From contig OX597841.1 of the NCBI GenBank assembly GCA_951406725.2, forward strand, positions 19,158,001 to 19,222,000: 64,000 nucleotides of DNA. Direction: 5' to 3'. Under the pieces are notes generated by a model. It was not told the DNA's origin and made no database searches. It was given only the letters and a program-made list of their open reading frames with translations. Below, piece after piece: positions 1 through 11,970 of the stretch. The DNA comes from Octopus vulgaris. Taxonomy: Eukaryota. Position 1 is the stretch's first letter. Each line of letters begins with the position of its first letter. A program made the position numbers and the translations under genes.

Positions 1-116
1 GGTCTCTTTTGCCAAACAACTAAGTTATGGGGCCATAAACGCACCAGCAGCGGTTCTTAAGCAAAGGTGGTGAGGACAACCATGGACATACAAACACTCA
101 CTCACACACGCACACA

Positions 117-342
117 CAATTATTCGGTAGCAATGTTAAAACTCCGGCCATCGGAAAAAATGCATCTTTTCCAATGGCCGGATAACTGAAGAGATGCTGG
201 CTTGGATTTCCACCTCAGCATCCGAACTCGGAGTTTTATCATGGCTACCAAATAATTGTTACATATTACATTTACAGATAAATTCCTCTATTTACATAAT
301 ATCAAGATCTCTTTCATTCTTTTGTTGTCTTACCATTTCTAT

Positions 343-345
<3 letters not shown>
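117..345 (+). mobile_element. Short non-coding Penelope-like/retrozyme-type element with inverted arm and hammerhead motif
   Basis: 117-146 (caattattcggtagcaatgttaaaactccg) is the near reverse complement of 229-258. Internal hairpin at 143-182, hammerhead-like motif at 181-240, ends at (AT)n. Family assignment is inferred from architecture. Confidence 0.6.
181..240 (+). ncRNA. Type-I hammerhead ribozyme motif, one A missing from GAAA
   Basis: GATAA-CTGAAGA-GATGCTG...CAGCATC-C-GAA-CTCGGAG-TT-TTATC. Helix I GATAA/TTATC, helix II GATGCTG/CAGCATC, quasi-palindromic helix III. Confidence 0.6.
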
Positions 346-374
<29 letters not shown>

Positions 375-379
<5 letters not shown>

Positions 380-796
380 CCAGAAAATGGAGAACACCTC
401 AGATCAACTAACAAATCAGTTGAAGCAGATCTATAGCTTATTGTTTAATACAAAACATTACATAACATTTATGTGACATAACAATTCTTACAGCCGTTTC
501 TGCTTCTGATGCTAGTCAGTGCCTATGAAAGAATTGTGAAGATAATATTCTTCATCTTCATAGGATATTCGAACTAGAACATGGAGCTTCTTCAGAATGT
601 AGTTAAAATATGATGATGAAGAATATTATCTTCACAGTTCTTTCATAGGCACTGACTAGCATCAGAAGCAGAAACGGCTGTAAGAATTGTTATGTCACAT
701 AAATGTTATGTAATGTTTTGTATTAAATAATATGCTATAGATATGGTTCAACTGATTTGTTAGTTGATCTGAGGTTTTCTCCATTTTCTGGATTAT
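375..796. repeat. ~182-bp inverted repeat (375-556 / 615-796), Penelope-type inverted terminus
   Basis: Arms are near-identical reverse complements (atccagaaaatggagaa... / ...ttctccattttctggat) with a 58-nt spacer, next to (AT)n. Confidence 0.9.
485..599 (-). ncRNA. Hammerhead-like motif with extended helix II
   Basis: Minus strand: ATT-CTGAAGA-AGCTCC...(long hairpin: CTAG/CTAG, CCTATGAA/TTCATAGG, TGAAGA/TCTTCA)...GAAGC-A-GAAA-C-GGCT-GTA-AGAAT. Helix I is weak. Confidence 0.5.
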
Positions 797-962
797 CTAT
801 ATTTGATTCCTGATAAACTTTCGTTTATTCTGTTGTTGCCTGTACTCTAAGAGCATAGTGTGCATGTATACCCATGGCCAGAGATAACACGGGTAACTGT
901 TACCAATAGTATATACGGATATTTTATCCCTTAGTTGGTTATTATAACCACTAACACTGCTT

Positions 963-1169
963 GACCGCGTGTGTACTGTTGGCGATTTTTTTCCCTCTGT
1001 CTCCCCTTCTCTGGATCTTTCCTTTTCCTATGTTTCTGATGAAGAGCTCCGCTCAAAACATAAAACCTTCCTTCTTCCCTCCCTTCCTGAGCGTCCAATA
1101 ATACTATATTTGTTCCACGTCCTCGCGTTGTTGTGTTTTCTCTTTGTGTTTTCATGTTTGGATTAACTT

Positions 1170-1170
<1 letters not shown>
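963..1170 (+). mobile_element. Hammerhead-bearing short interspersed element, family H1, copy 1
   Basis: Homologous to 1224-1395, 36788-36960(-) and 57120-57320. Motif GTTT-CTGATGA-AGAGCTCCGCTC-AAAA-CATA-AAAC at 1032-1066; ends in (TA)n. Confidence 0.8.
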
Positions 1171-1214
<44 letters not shown>

Positions 1215-1223
1215 GTATGTATG

Positions 1224-1395
1224 TCTGTCTTCCCTTCTCTGGATCTTTCCTTCTCCTATGTTTCCGACGAAGAGCTCCACTCGAAACGTTAAACCCTCCT
1301 TCTTCCCTTCCTTCCTGAACGTCCAATAATACTATATTTGTTCCAGCTACTCGCGCTGTGTTTTCTCTTTGTGTTTTCATGTTTGGATTAACTTT
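1224..1395 (+). mobile_element. Family H1, copy 2 (partial tandem repeat of copy 1)
   Basis: Direct repeat of ~1000-1170. Motif GTTT-CCGACGA-AGAGCTCCACTC-GAAA-CGTT-AAAC at 1260-1294. Confidence 0.8.
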
Positions 1396-1428
1396 ATATA
1401 TATATATATATATGTGTGTCTATGTGTA

Positions 1429-1464
<36 letters not shown>

Positions 1465-1514
1465 TTTATGTATACATATATACATATATAAACACACATA
1501 CGCACACATTTGTT

Positions 1515-1634
1515 ATTCTGAAGAGAGAATATTGACAGTGATTTTGAAGCTTTGGCGAGCTAAGCCGTCATCCGTTGAAGACTTAGCTGGTCAAAACTTC
1601 AAAGATACTGTCAATAATGTCCATGTTTAAGAAT
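1515..1634 (+). other. Long hairpin preceded by CTGAAGA; degenerate hammerhead relic
   Basis: CTGAAGA at 1518-1524, then stem TATTGACAGT/ACTGTCAATA, TTTGAAG/CTTCAAA, AGCTAAG/CTTAGCT (1530-1616). GAAA is absent; followed by CATGTTTAAGAAT. Confidence 0.45.
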
Positions 1635-1724
1635 GATGAATTTGTATTGAGTTACCCATCAGATTATTGTAAAATTTGTTTTTATTATAAATGAACATAA
1701 AATCAACCATTAGCATGTTTGTGT

Positions 1725-1925
1725 CTTTTCCCCACGACTACGTGACAACCAGTGTTGGTTTTTTTTTTAATGTTTCCATGACTTAGTGGTTCTACAAAAG
1801 AGACTGATAGAGTAAGTACCTGGCTTTAAAAAAGAACTACCTTCTGGGGTTGATTCATCCAACTAAAACCCTCTGAGGCAGTGCTCCATCATGGCCACAG
1901 TCTAATGACTGAAGCAACTAAAGAA
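1725..1925 (+). mobile_element. Old SINE family A, 3' part
   Basis: Diverged match to the tail of 44560-44757 (gtgctccagcatggccacagtc..atgactgaa). Confidence 0.65.
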
Positions 1926-1939
1926 GTCAAGTGATAGTT

Positions 1940-2420
1940 GTTAATTTGATTTAAATGATGTGGACATGGTTAATTTTAATGCTTGATTGCAATTTTAATG
2001 TTTTTAAACTGAATTTAATAGTTTAATGAGTGCGGATTTTAATAGCATGATCAGTCTCTTGTGGTTAGATTTAGTTTTAGTGGCTTCTGTTTTAAAAGTT
2101 TTAATGACTTGTCAGGGTTAGTTTTAATGGTTTAGACAATATGTTAATGCCATATTTGATTTGGTTTTAATGGTCCCGACAAGGTTTTAATTGCATATCT
2201 GGATTGATTTTAATGGTTACAATAAAATTTTAATGGCATGTCTGGGTTGATTATAATGCTTCGGATTAGTCTTAATTTTTCTGACAAGATTTTAATGGCT
2301 TGTCGGGATTGATTTTAATGGTTCAGACAAGATGTTAATAGCATGTCTGGATTGGTCTTTATGGTTTAGACAAAATTTTGATGGCATGTCAAAGTTAGTT
2401 TCAATGGTTTCATGAAGAGT
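1940..2420. repeat. Degenerate minisatellite (~20/41-nt period)
   Basis: Recurrent TTTTAATGG with alternating gacaa and gcatgtctgg subunits. Confidence 0.7.
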
Positions 2421-2509
2421 TAGTTATAATGAATTATATAATAATTGTTTACTATTAGTTTAATTATAAAGTCCAAGTTTTAAAGGGTTGAGCAATGTTA
2501 GTTTACATG

Positions 2510-3065
2510 CCCTGATGCAGTTCCAGGTACTGGCTCCCGTGGCTCCTCATCTTAACTGATTGGAAGTGTTATCATGTACATTGTTTTGTCTTGGTATAAA
2601 AGATGGGCTACAGCAAATATTCTGCTCAATACCACAGATTTGCTTGTCAGTTGTTTGACCGTAACCAGTTGATTATGTCCCTTAGTGGCTGACGATATGT
2701 GCATCTCTAATCACGAACAGAAGTAGTGGGGGAGCATCATAGCCATGTGTTGAGAAGGATTCTTTGGGGCTTGAATAATTCACCCCTCGAAACATGGATG
2801 TTTCATTCAACATCCTTAAACAACCCTTATTCAGGGACCTTTTGAGCAGGATGGGCTACTTGACCTGAAGAAAATTCTAACTGGGCTCCACATGCAAGGT
2901 CATGCACTGTTTATCTTGATATGAGATCACCATGTCGCGCACATATGATTGTGATGCATGTGCCTGGTGTACCCTTATCAGACGGGTAGTCATGGTGGGT
3001 GTACTGGGCTTCGTATATTTTACCCCAGTGTCACTTTGATGACATGCACTGCTCTCTCACTCAAT
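2510..3065 (+). mobile_element. Probable non-LTR retroposon 3' segment ending in (AAT)n
   Basis: Higher-GC block that ends abruptly in an (AAT)n tail. No ORF and single copy in the window, so family is unassigned. Confidence 0.45.
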
Positions 3066-3099
3066 AATAATAATAATAATAATAATAACAATAATAATA

Positions 3100-3400
3100 C
3101 TAAGGAAATTTTAGGGAAGGGGGATAGTCAAACCCAGTATTCAACTGGGACTCATTCTATCGACATTGAGAGAATAAAACACAGGGGTGATTTCAGTGGG
3201 TTTTGAACTCTGAGCAATAAACTGGAAAAAATGCTGCTAATAATTCTGCCATAATAATAATACTGGTTTCAAGTTTTGGCACAAACCCAGCAATTTTGGG
3301 GAGAGGGGTAATTACATTGATACCAGATCCCACTGGGGCTTATTTTTATAAACCATGAAAGTATGTGATGTAAGTTCGACTGCAGGGGAATTTGAACTCT
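3100..3400 (-). mobile_element. Two diverged SINE family C fragments
   Basis: Match to 39812-40023 (cccagtat..aactgg, gaatttgaactc). Confidence 0.6.
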
Positions 3401-3508
3401 TCATGTAAAGGTGGATGAAAAGAATCTGAGCATTAATGATGCTGCCAGCATTAATAATGATAATGGTGACAGCGACAATGATGATGATGATGATGATAAT
3501 GACAATGA

Positions 3509-3540
<32 letters not shown>

Positions 3541-3874
3541 AACTCCTATTATTAACATGGTTCTTTTTTTTTTCTCTTTTCAGGTGGTCTGTATGACAGA
3601 TTCCATACAGTCTGACTAGAGTCCAAACCAAAACGTCACCGTTCACAGATAATCATTAGGGGGTAACCAAAACAAAAATATTTCCTTGGTCGCTGTATCG
3701 AAACGCACACAAAGATCAGTACCAATTTAGCATTTTAAGGAAAAGAAAAAAAAAATTATAATAACAACAACAACAATAATAATAATAATAATAATAATAA
3801 TAACCATAATAACAACAACCATCATAATAATAATAAAAACCTCCTCCATATCTTCCCACCCTATTTTTTCATCT

Positions 3875-3905
<31 letters not shown>

Positions 3906-4986
3906 TAATAATAATAATTCAACCACATTTGTAAAGAAAATCATCTCAGCCAAGGAATTAAGAAAAAAAAAATCTCCTTAACTCATTAAATCACCCGAAC
4001 CATCCAACCACCTCTTCACCCTTTCATTGATTATAGTAATAACCACTACTACTACTACTACTACTACTATTTATACTACTGCTGCTGCTGCTAATATCAA
4101 TGCACTTTACTGCTGATAGCTCTTGGAAAAAAAAATTTGTGAGAAAATAAATAAGCACAATTATCTCTGCTGTCATCACATCAAATAAAATAAAACAAAA
4201 AAAGAACCGTCATCATCTTTATACTTCGCCGTGGAATTTGTCAATTTTGGTCGCTGTCAGCATCATTGTTTAGTGTTTGTCTAAAAAAAAGGAGAAAAAA
4301 ACATTTCTGTCACAACGTCCATTATTAATATTACTACTAATACTAATAATAATATCACAACAGATGCCACACTATATTACATAGATATAGGTATATATAA
4401 ATATATATATGTGTATATATATATATATATATTTGTAACAACCAGAGAAAGAAGATAGTAATACTGTAGATTACTGCTTTAACTACTGCTGAAGAAAATT
4501 TCAAGAAGAAAGACAAACAAAAAGACATCACAAGTTTATCAACAAAATAAAAAAAAAAAACAGTTAAAAAGAAAAAACAAAATAACCTTTCAAACCCTTG
4601 ATACCTCAAAGAATTGTTGTGAATTCCCTTCTAGTTGTCCTTTAAAAACCCTTTTCTCTTTAACTCTTCTTCATTTTCTTCTTTTCTTTCTTTCATTTTT
4701 CATGAATCTTCTCTGAGATTTCTGTAAAATGATTTTTCTTCAATTTTGCTTGGAATTTCCAGTTTTATCAGTCCTCTGAGAAGAAGAAAACCAAAATCCA
4801 AAATTCTCCTGAATTCCTTATGAAAGGCCCTCAAATCTTTTTCTTGATCTCTCAAAACTCTATTTGAAATTTTCTTGGAAGAAAAAAATTTTAGAAATTT
4901 GATATTTTTTCGAAAACTATAAAAAAGAAAAAAAAGGCAAAGAAAAAGAAATTAATATATTTAATTAATTCAACACCATCTCAAAT

Positions 4987-5359
4987 ATGATCCCTTCAGT
5001 AGTCAACACATCAAGTAATTCATTAACGTGGAATTCCAGCAAAGACATGAATACAATGTCTTTAGTTTCTTCATCATCTTCGTCCTTGTTGACTATGATA
5101 ATGGCTAATATGAGCTCCTTAGATGGAGAGATGTCTGTGTCTACAGAAAACCCACCACCAGTCAGCATGCGATGGGGCATGTTATCACTGGTTTTCGTCA
5201 TCATCTGTGCTGCATCGGGTAACCTGCTTGTCTGCATGGCAGTCTGCTGGGAACGAAGGCTACAGAATATGACAAACTACTTCCTTATGTCTCTGGCTAT
5301 TGCAGACTTCCTCGTCTCCATTTTGGTGATGCCACTTGGAATGATTGTCGAAATCTACG
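4987..5359 (+). CDS. HTR2: 5-HT2-type serotonin receptor, coding exon 1 (N-terminus, TM1-TM2)
   Basis: Ser/Thr/Asn-rich N-terminus with N-glycosylation sequons, then [39 protein letters not shown] (aminergic GPCR, 5-HT2-like). Donor TACG|GTAAG after 5359, phase 1. Start Met is uncertain because several in-frame ATGs exist. Confidence 0.93.
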
Positions 5360-5456
5360 GTAAGAACACACATGTTTCTACTTTGTCAATGAGTCTGTGG
5401 GAAAGAGTAGCCAAATGTCCCTCAAATCACACCCTAACCCATTCAAGGATATGACA

Positions 5457-5495
<39 letters not shown>

Positions 5496-5528
5496 TATAC
5501 TTAGATGCACACTTACAAACATACATAA

Positions 5529-5564
<36 letters not shown>

Positions 5565-5642
5565 TCAAGGCAGTGCTCCAGCATGGCCACAGTCAAATGA
5601 TTGAAACAAGTAAAAGAATATATATATGTGTATGTATGTATG

Positions 5643-5678
<36 letters not shown>

Positions 5679-5899
5679 TGTTGAAATGGAAAGATGAATT
5701 TTCTTGTTACAGATTATTCAAAAGTTTAACCGATACCTGGGTAGCAAAAATCACAGCAGAAAAAAACACGGTTGGAGATAAGACCATATGGTGTTGCAAC
5801 CGTGCGTTGGTGCGGATAATTGAAGTTTAATATCTCTAACCGTGTTTTTTTCTTCACTAATTATATATATATATATATATATATGTATATGTATATATC

Positions 5900-6290
5900 A
5901 TCATCATCATCATCATCATCATCATTTAACGTCCGCTTTCCATGCTAGCATGGGTTGGACGATTTGCCCGAGGGCTGGCGAATCAGATGGCTGCAACAGA
6001 CTCCAATCTTGATCTGGCAGAGTTTCTACACCTGGATGTGCTTCCTAACGCCAACCACTCTGAGAGTGTAGTGGGTGCTTTTTACGTGCCACCGGCACTG
6101 GGGCCGGTCAGGTGGTACCTCGCTTGAATCTTTTTACACATGCCACCAGCACAGGTGCCAGTGAAGCGACGTTGGTAACGATCACGCCCGAATGGTGCCC
6201 TTTTATGTGCCACAGGTACGGAAGTCAATTGGCTGCTCTGGCAACAATCATGCTCGGATGGTGCTCTTGGCACCCTACTAGCACAGGCAT
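5900..6290 (-). mobile_element. SINE-like family D with (GAT)n tail
   Basis: tttaacgtccgctttccatgctagcatgggttggac...ggatg(c)ccttcctaacgccaaccactc, shared with ~17050, 27900, 34838, 52030 and 55780. Confidence 0.8.
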
Positions 6291-6325
6291 AAGTGCATAT
6301 ATATATATATGTGTGTGTGTGTATG

Positions 6326-6436
<111 letters not shown>

Positions 6437-6478
6437 CATATATATATACACATGAGTGCCATATTCCCTTCCATATCA

Positions 6479-6560
6479 GCTAACCCTGATGAGTGTAAAG
6501 TTATATAATCAGATTGTTACATAACACTCTATTTACACTAAACCAATTAGTAAGATCAGC
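6479..6560 (+). other. Degenerate intronic hammerhead motif (GAAA mutated to TAAA)
   Basis: CTGATGA (6486-6492), GTGTAAA...TTTACAC helix II, TAAA, C-CAATTA-G-TA. Lies between (TA)n tracts. Confidence 0.5.
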
Positions 6561-6623
6561 CGTGATGGATATTTAATATTATACATTTCAGATAATGTGT
6601 GTGTCTATATATATACATATATA

Positions 6624-6671
<48 letters not shown>

Positions 6672-6684
6672 ATACATATATATA

Positions 6685-6785
<101 letters not shown>

Positions 6786-7402
6786 ATGTATATGTGTGTG
6801 TGTATATTCATACGGTTCTGAAGAACTAACTACTGGTGCAGTTACGTAATATGCCATACACAATAAACATGACTAATTCTTCATTATCACCAATGTCTAC
6901 AGACATGATGTTTGATTGGTCAATTGAAGTTGATGAAACAATTGTAAACCATGGAGTAAACATTATACCATTAACTTCACTTGCCACACATGTCTGTGTG
7001 TATATATATATAAATATATACATCCCCAACTCACACTACTTCCATCTTAAATAAAGGAAAAGGCTCACTAGATACTGTAGCTCTACATATTCCTAAAATA
7101 AGTAGTAGGAGCCATGGGTGGAATGGTTTAGATCATAGATTCATATATATATATGAACATATATGTATATTGGTTTGGGTTTATATATGTTAATATATAT
7201 GTATATTGCACTGGATGTATATATGCTCATAGGTATATAGTGTCAGGTATATATATATGCTCATATGTATATTGTGTTGGATGTATATATACTCATTTAT
7301 GTATACTACTGGGTATATATATGCTTGTATATGCATATTGTGTTGGGTGTATATTCATATTCTCTTTCTTTATCTTTCTCTTTTCTTCTCATCTCACAAC
7401 AG

Positions 7403-9228
7403 GATTTTTCCCGATGAATCCACATGTCTGTCTGTTCTGGATCACCACGGATGTTCTCATGTGTACAGCATCCATCTGGCATATGTCAACCATGTCTATG
7501 GATCGATTCTTCACCCTGAAATACCCAATGCGGTATGGCCGCAACAAGACCAAGCATATGGTATGTGTGAAAATCCTATTTGTGTGGTTCGTCTCCATAG
7601 CAATCAGCTGTCCGATGAGCATCAATGGTTTACTGGACACACGGACAGTATACAACAATGGCAGCTGTCTGCCAACCCTGCCCACATTCGTTATATACGG
7701 GTCCGTATTCGCCTTCTACATTCCTCTCCTGATCATGATTGTCACCTACGCCCTCACCATCCAGATCTTGTGGGATAACCAGAACTTGATGAAAAGCATT
7801 GAAAAGTTTGATCGGAGGCCGGCTGTTAAGAGCAGCGGTTCTGTGAAAAAGGATGTTTCCATAATATCGAGGTCACAAGGGGACGGCACTGCTGAAAATC
7901 GAAACCGAGCAGTATTGTCTGAAACTGATGGACCAGATACGCACATTATTGGAATCAGTGAGATTGGACAAGCAGGGGGAGAGGGAGCGCCATCTGTACA
8001 AAACCAACAGCAGGACACAAAGACTTCGCGCGCCAACTGGACCCAATGTGACAGCGTTCGAAATTCATTTGACTCAGCTCAAACCACAATCACAACCTGC
8101 ACACTTGGCTCTGAACAGGGCACCAATGCAACCCAGGCAAATGCTGCTGAACCTATCCCTGCTCTTATTGACAACAAAAAGATGCGACGCAAGAGCCTAC
8201 AGCTCCCCTTGCAGAAGCGCCGCTGCTCTAAAGTTCACTTTGAACGAGTACCATCTGCTGACCAGGTGAAAGAAGAACCAAAACCACAGCCATTGTACAG
8301 CTCAAAGTCCTACTCCCAGATTATGGACATCAACCACTGGAAAACCTCTTCACTTTTCAAGCATCCTCTGCACCACAGTTACCACGGCCTCAACAACAAC
8401 ATCATCAACATGGACTTCAATCAAAGCTACTTCCACATCCAAGATGAAACCGGCATCAATTTCTTGGGTAATGAAAGCCAGAATGAAACTGAAGACCAGC
8501 TGGAGGTGGGAGCTGAGGCATCTTATTGCCGGCCAGTAATGCTGGCCAAACAGAATGCTGTGACCTCAATGGATGAACCTATTTCAGTAAAGGGTGAAAG
8601 TGTCAGAATAGTGAAAACAAAAGTTAATGTGGCCACAGAAACCAGTAAAGTTGGTTGTACAACACCTGAAGAATGTCCCGAAATTCCAGAAGGTCAACAA
8701 CTGGTTGCTTATAATGCTCCAGTCGGGGCAATGAACAAGAACTGCAAGCAAGATTATCACACAATGAAGAGAACTTTCCGCAACTTCATCAAAGAACACA
8801 TAATGAGGGCAAACAAGAAACCAAAAATTCAGAAAGCATTCCGACATTTACTCAGCAACAAAACAGCCAGCAATGAAAAAAAGGCTCTTAAAGTATTGGG
8901 CATCATTTTTGCTGTTTTTGTCGTTTTGTGGACACCATTCTTCATTGTAAATATCTTGTCAGCCACCTGCAAAGACTGTATGTCAAAAATCACTCCGGAA
9001 ATGATGTCAATCTTCTTGTGGATGGGTTACATTGCTTCTCTGGCAAACCCTCTCATCTATACCATGTTTAATACGGCCTTTCGTAGAGCCTTCGTCAAGA
9101 TCCTCACATGCAAGTATCCATGTAGCCAGAGACAAAACACTGAAAGCTCCTGTCTGAGTTTTACTGCCTCTTGGCATTTCGACCGAAAAAATACCATCAT
9201 GATGTTTCTGAAGGAAGAACTTTCATAA
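7403..9228 (+). CDS. HTR2: 5-HT2-type serotonin receptor, coding exon 2 (TM3-TM7, long ICL3, C-tail)
   Basis: WITTDVLMCTASIWHMSTMSMDRF (TM3 Asp3.32), FVIYGSVFAFYIPL (TM5), ASNEKKALKVLGIIFAVFVVLWTPFFIVNI (TM6, 5-HT2 signature), NPLIYTMFN (TM7). Spliced CDS is 2199 nt = 732 aa plus stop. Confidence 0.95.
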
Positions 9229-10085
9229 ATTTCAAAGAAGGAAAGGAGAAAAAGAAGAAAATTCTAGGAAGAAAGAAAATAAAATCATGAGAAAAATAAC
9301 AGAATGAAGAAAATTTATAAATGTTAAAGACATCATAACAATATTTGGCGCTGTGTCTAATGTGGAAAGAAATAATGAGGGAGAAGCACAGGGGGAGACA
9401 ATGCTCATCCCTTGGTGCCACAACATGAAACAATGTTTGTTGGTTTGTTTGTTTTAATTTAAATGTTCATTTCTTTTGAAAAATCAACAATTTGTGAAGG
9501 ATTATCATCCAAAATTTTCTACCAATTTGAAGGAAAAAAAAAAACTGCATGGGGTGGTTCTTTGAGTTGATTCTTTGCTAGAATCCCACTGGCATTCCAC
9601 AACATATCATACTATTTTCACCATTCCAAACTTGCCTATCCTGCTTACCATCCCACCTGATTGTAGGAAAAAAAAAATCAAATGGGCTTAGGTCATTTTT
9701 CTTGTGAGATTTTTCTTTTTTTTTTCGCATTTTTTCTCTTTTTTTTGTGATATGATGGAAAATCTTCCATGTATGAAATCACCTTCAGCATTTGGATTAC
9801 GTGTGTGTGTGTGTGTGTGTGTGTATAGATCCTTCTACTGACGAACAAAACAAAACATAACCACCACCACCATTGCCACAACAACAACAACCACAACAAC
9901 CACTGACCTCTATTACCTCCCTCCAGTCATCAACGCCACACCCATTGACCACAAACGCCATCACCACCACCACCACCACCTTGTAATTGTCATTCATAAC
10001 ACCATTTCTATGATTAATCAATCTCTGTTGCCAAAAAAAAAATCAACAAAAAACGTTCTAACGACTTTTGAATATCAGTATATTT

Positions 10086-10130
<45 letters not shown>

Positions 10131-10267
10131 TATGTGTGTATATATAAATATATATACACCTACGCATATATATGTGTGCATGTGTGTGTTCAAATACATA
10201 CATGTTTCTGTGTATGTATATATATTACAGATTTTTATCCATTTATTGTGTATATATGTATATAATG

Positions 10268-10315
<48 letters not shown>

Positions 10316-10366
10316 CAATGACTGAGAACAATACATATAACATATAAAAAATTTTAAGATAAACTA

Positions 10367-10430
<64 letters not shown>

Positions 10431-10514
10431 CACATATATATATATATCTATATGCATATATATGTATGTATGTGTGTATAGATATGTGTGTGTAAATACA
10501 TATCTACATGCATT

Positions 10515-10556
<42 letters not shown>

Positions 10557-10954
10557 TATATCATATATACATATATGATATATATTTATAAAGTGAAAGT
10601 GATACAAATTTTAAATTAAAACCAAAAAATTATAAAGAAAAAAAAAACCATTAAAAAACAAAAACCAGAAAGGAAATTATTTATCTGATTGACATTTTAA
10701 AATTTGATATTTGATACATAACATCTGACCTTTGACATTTGATTTCTTCATCACCTCACCGCCACAATCGTAAATTGAAACTGTACCCGCCACAACCATG
10801 AAACAACAAGTTTCTTGCTTACCCAGTTATCCACGGGGAATGAAAAAAAAAAAATTGCCCCCCTGAATTTGGGAGGTAGGGGAGGGGGGAATAATCAATT
10901 ATGACTCATAAATTTTTTTATTATTTTTAATTCCAAAGAACAAGAAGATTAGGC

Positions 10955-11011
<57 letters not shown>

Positions 11012-11048
11012 TAAATATATATATATATAAACACATCCATATATATAT

Positions 11049-11084
<36 letters not shown>

Positions 11085-11486
11085 AACCACAAAAATGAAT
11101 ATATATATATACATATATATATATACATATATATATATTTCTATATGTATTTAATCAAATGTTGTTAACATAAATTTGTGCTCCTACACGCACACAGAGG
11201 AAATGATAAGCAGTGACTTCACTGTCTTACAAACCATGTTGTGATTTTTTTAGGAATGACGTCCATTGACTTTCAACAAGACAAAATGATGTTCGTCGTT
11301 TTTTAAATTAATTTTATATTTTCAGTCATTCGCTCTCTCTCTCTCTCCCTCTCCCTCTCCCTTGCTTTCTTTTTCTCTTTCTCTTTCTCTCTCACTCTTT
11401 CTTTCTGTCTCTCATTATTACTGGGTTTTTTTGCAGAGCATACATTTCTACCCTTTAAATATATACATATCCATATTTATATATGC

Positions 11487-11532
<46 letters not shown>

Positions 11533-11919
11533 TATTTTTTATTCATGTATATATATATGTATGCACTATGTGTGTGTGTATGGGTGGTGTAACTATACAA
11601 CCCCGTTCTTAAGTGGAATTCACTAAGCAGCAAGAGATATTTGTTGCAAATGGTAAATGTATATATTTATGAGTATATGTGTATGTATGTATGTATGCAT
11701 GTATGTATAGATAGAAAGATAGAAAGTAGTAAACTTGCCTAAGTATATCTGTACACATTTCTGTGCAGACGTGAATGAATTTATAAACACTTCCCTCCAC
11801 TTCACCCTAAAGTATCCATAATACTTACGCACACATGTCAAAGCACATCTGCATACAGACGCACAAATCTGGCATACAAATACATTTGTACATATATATG
11901 TGTGTGTTTGTTCGTGTGT

Positions 11920-11970
<51 letters not shown>

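Noticed and set aside
2689-2875. CTGACGA and CTGAAGA words in the (AAT)-tailed element
   Set aside because: No correctly placed GAAA or helix I partner.
5360-5454. C-terminal tail of the 155-aa ORF
   Set aside because: Read-through past the GTAAG donor; receptor similarity stops at EIYG.
7153-7402. N-terminal 83 codons of the 691-aa ORF
   Set aside because: Intronic degenerate repeat (Y/I/C/V-rich) upstream of a clear acceptor. TM1-2 are supplied by exon 1.
8666-8690. CTGAAGA-atgtccc-GAAA inside the receptor CDS
   Set aside because: No helix II and no palindromic helix III; explained by the codons for PEECPEI.
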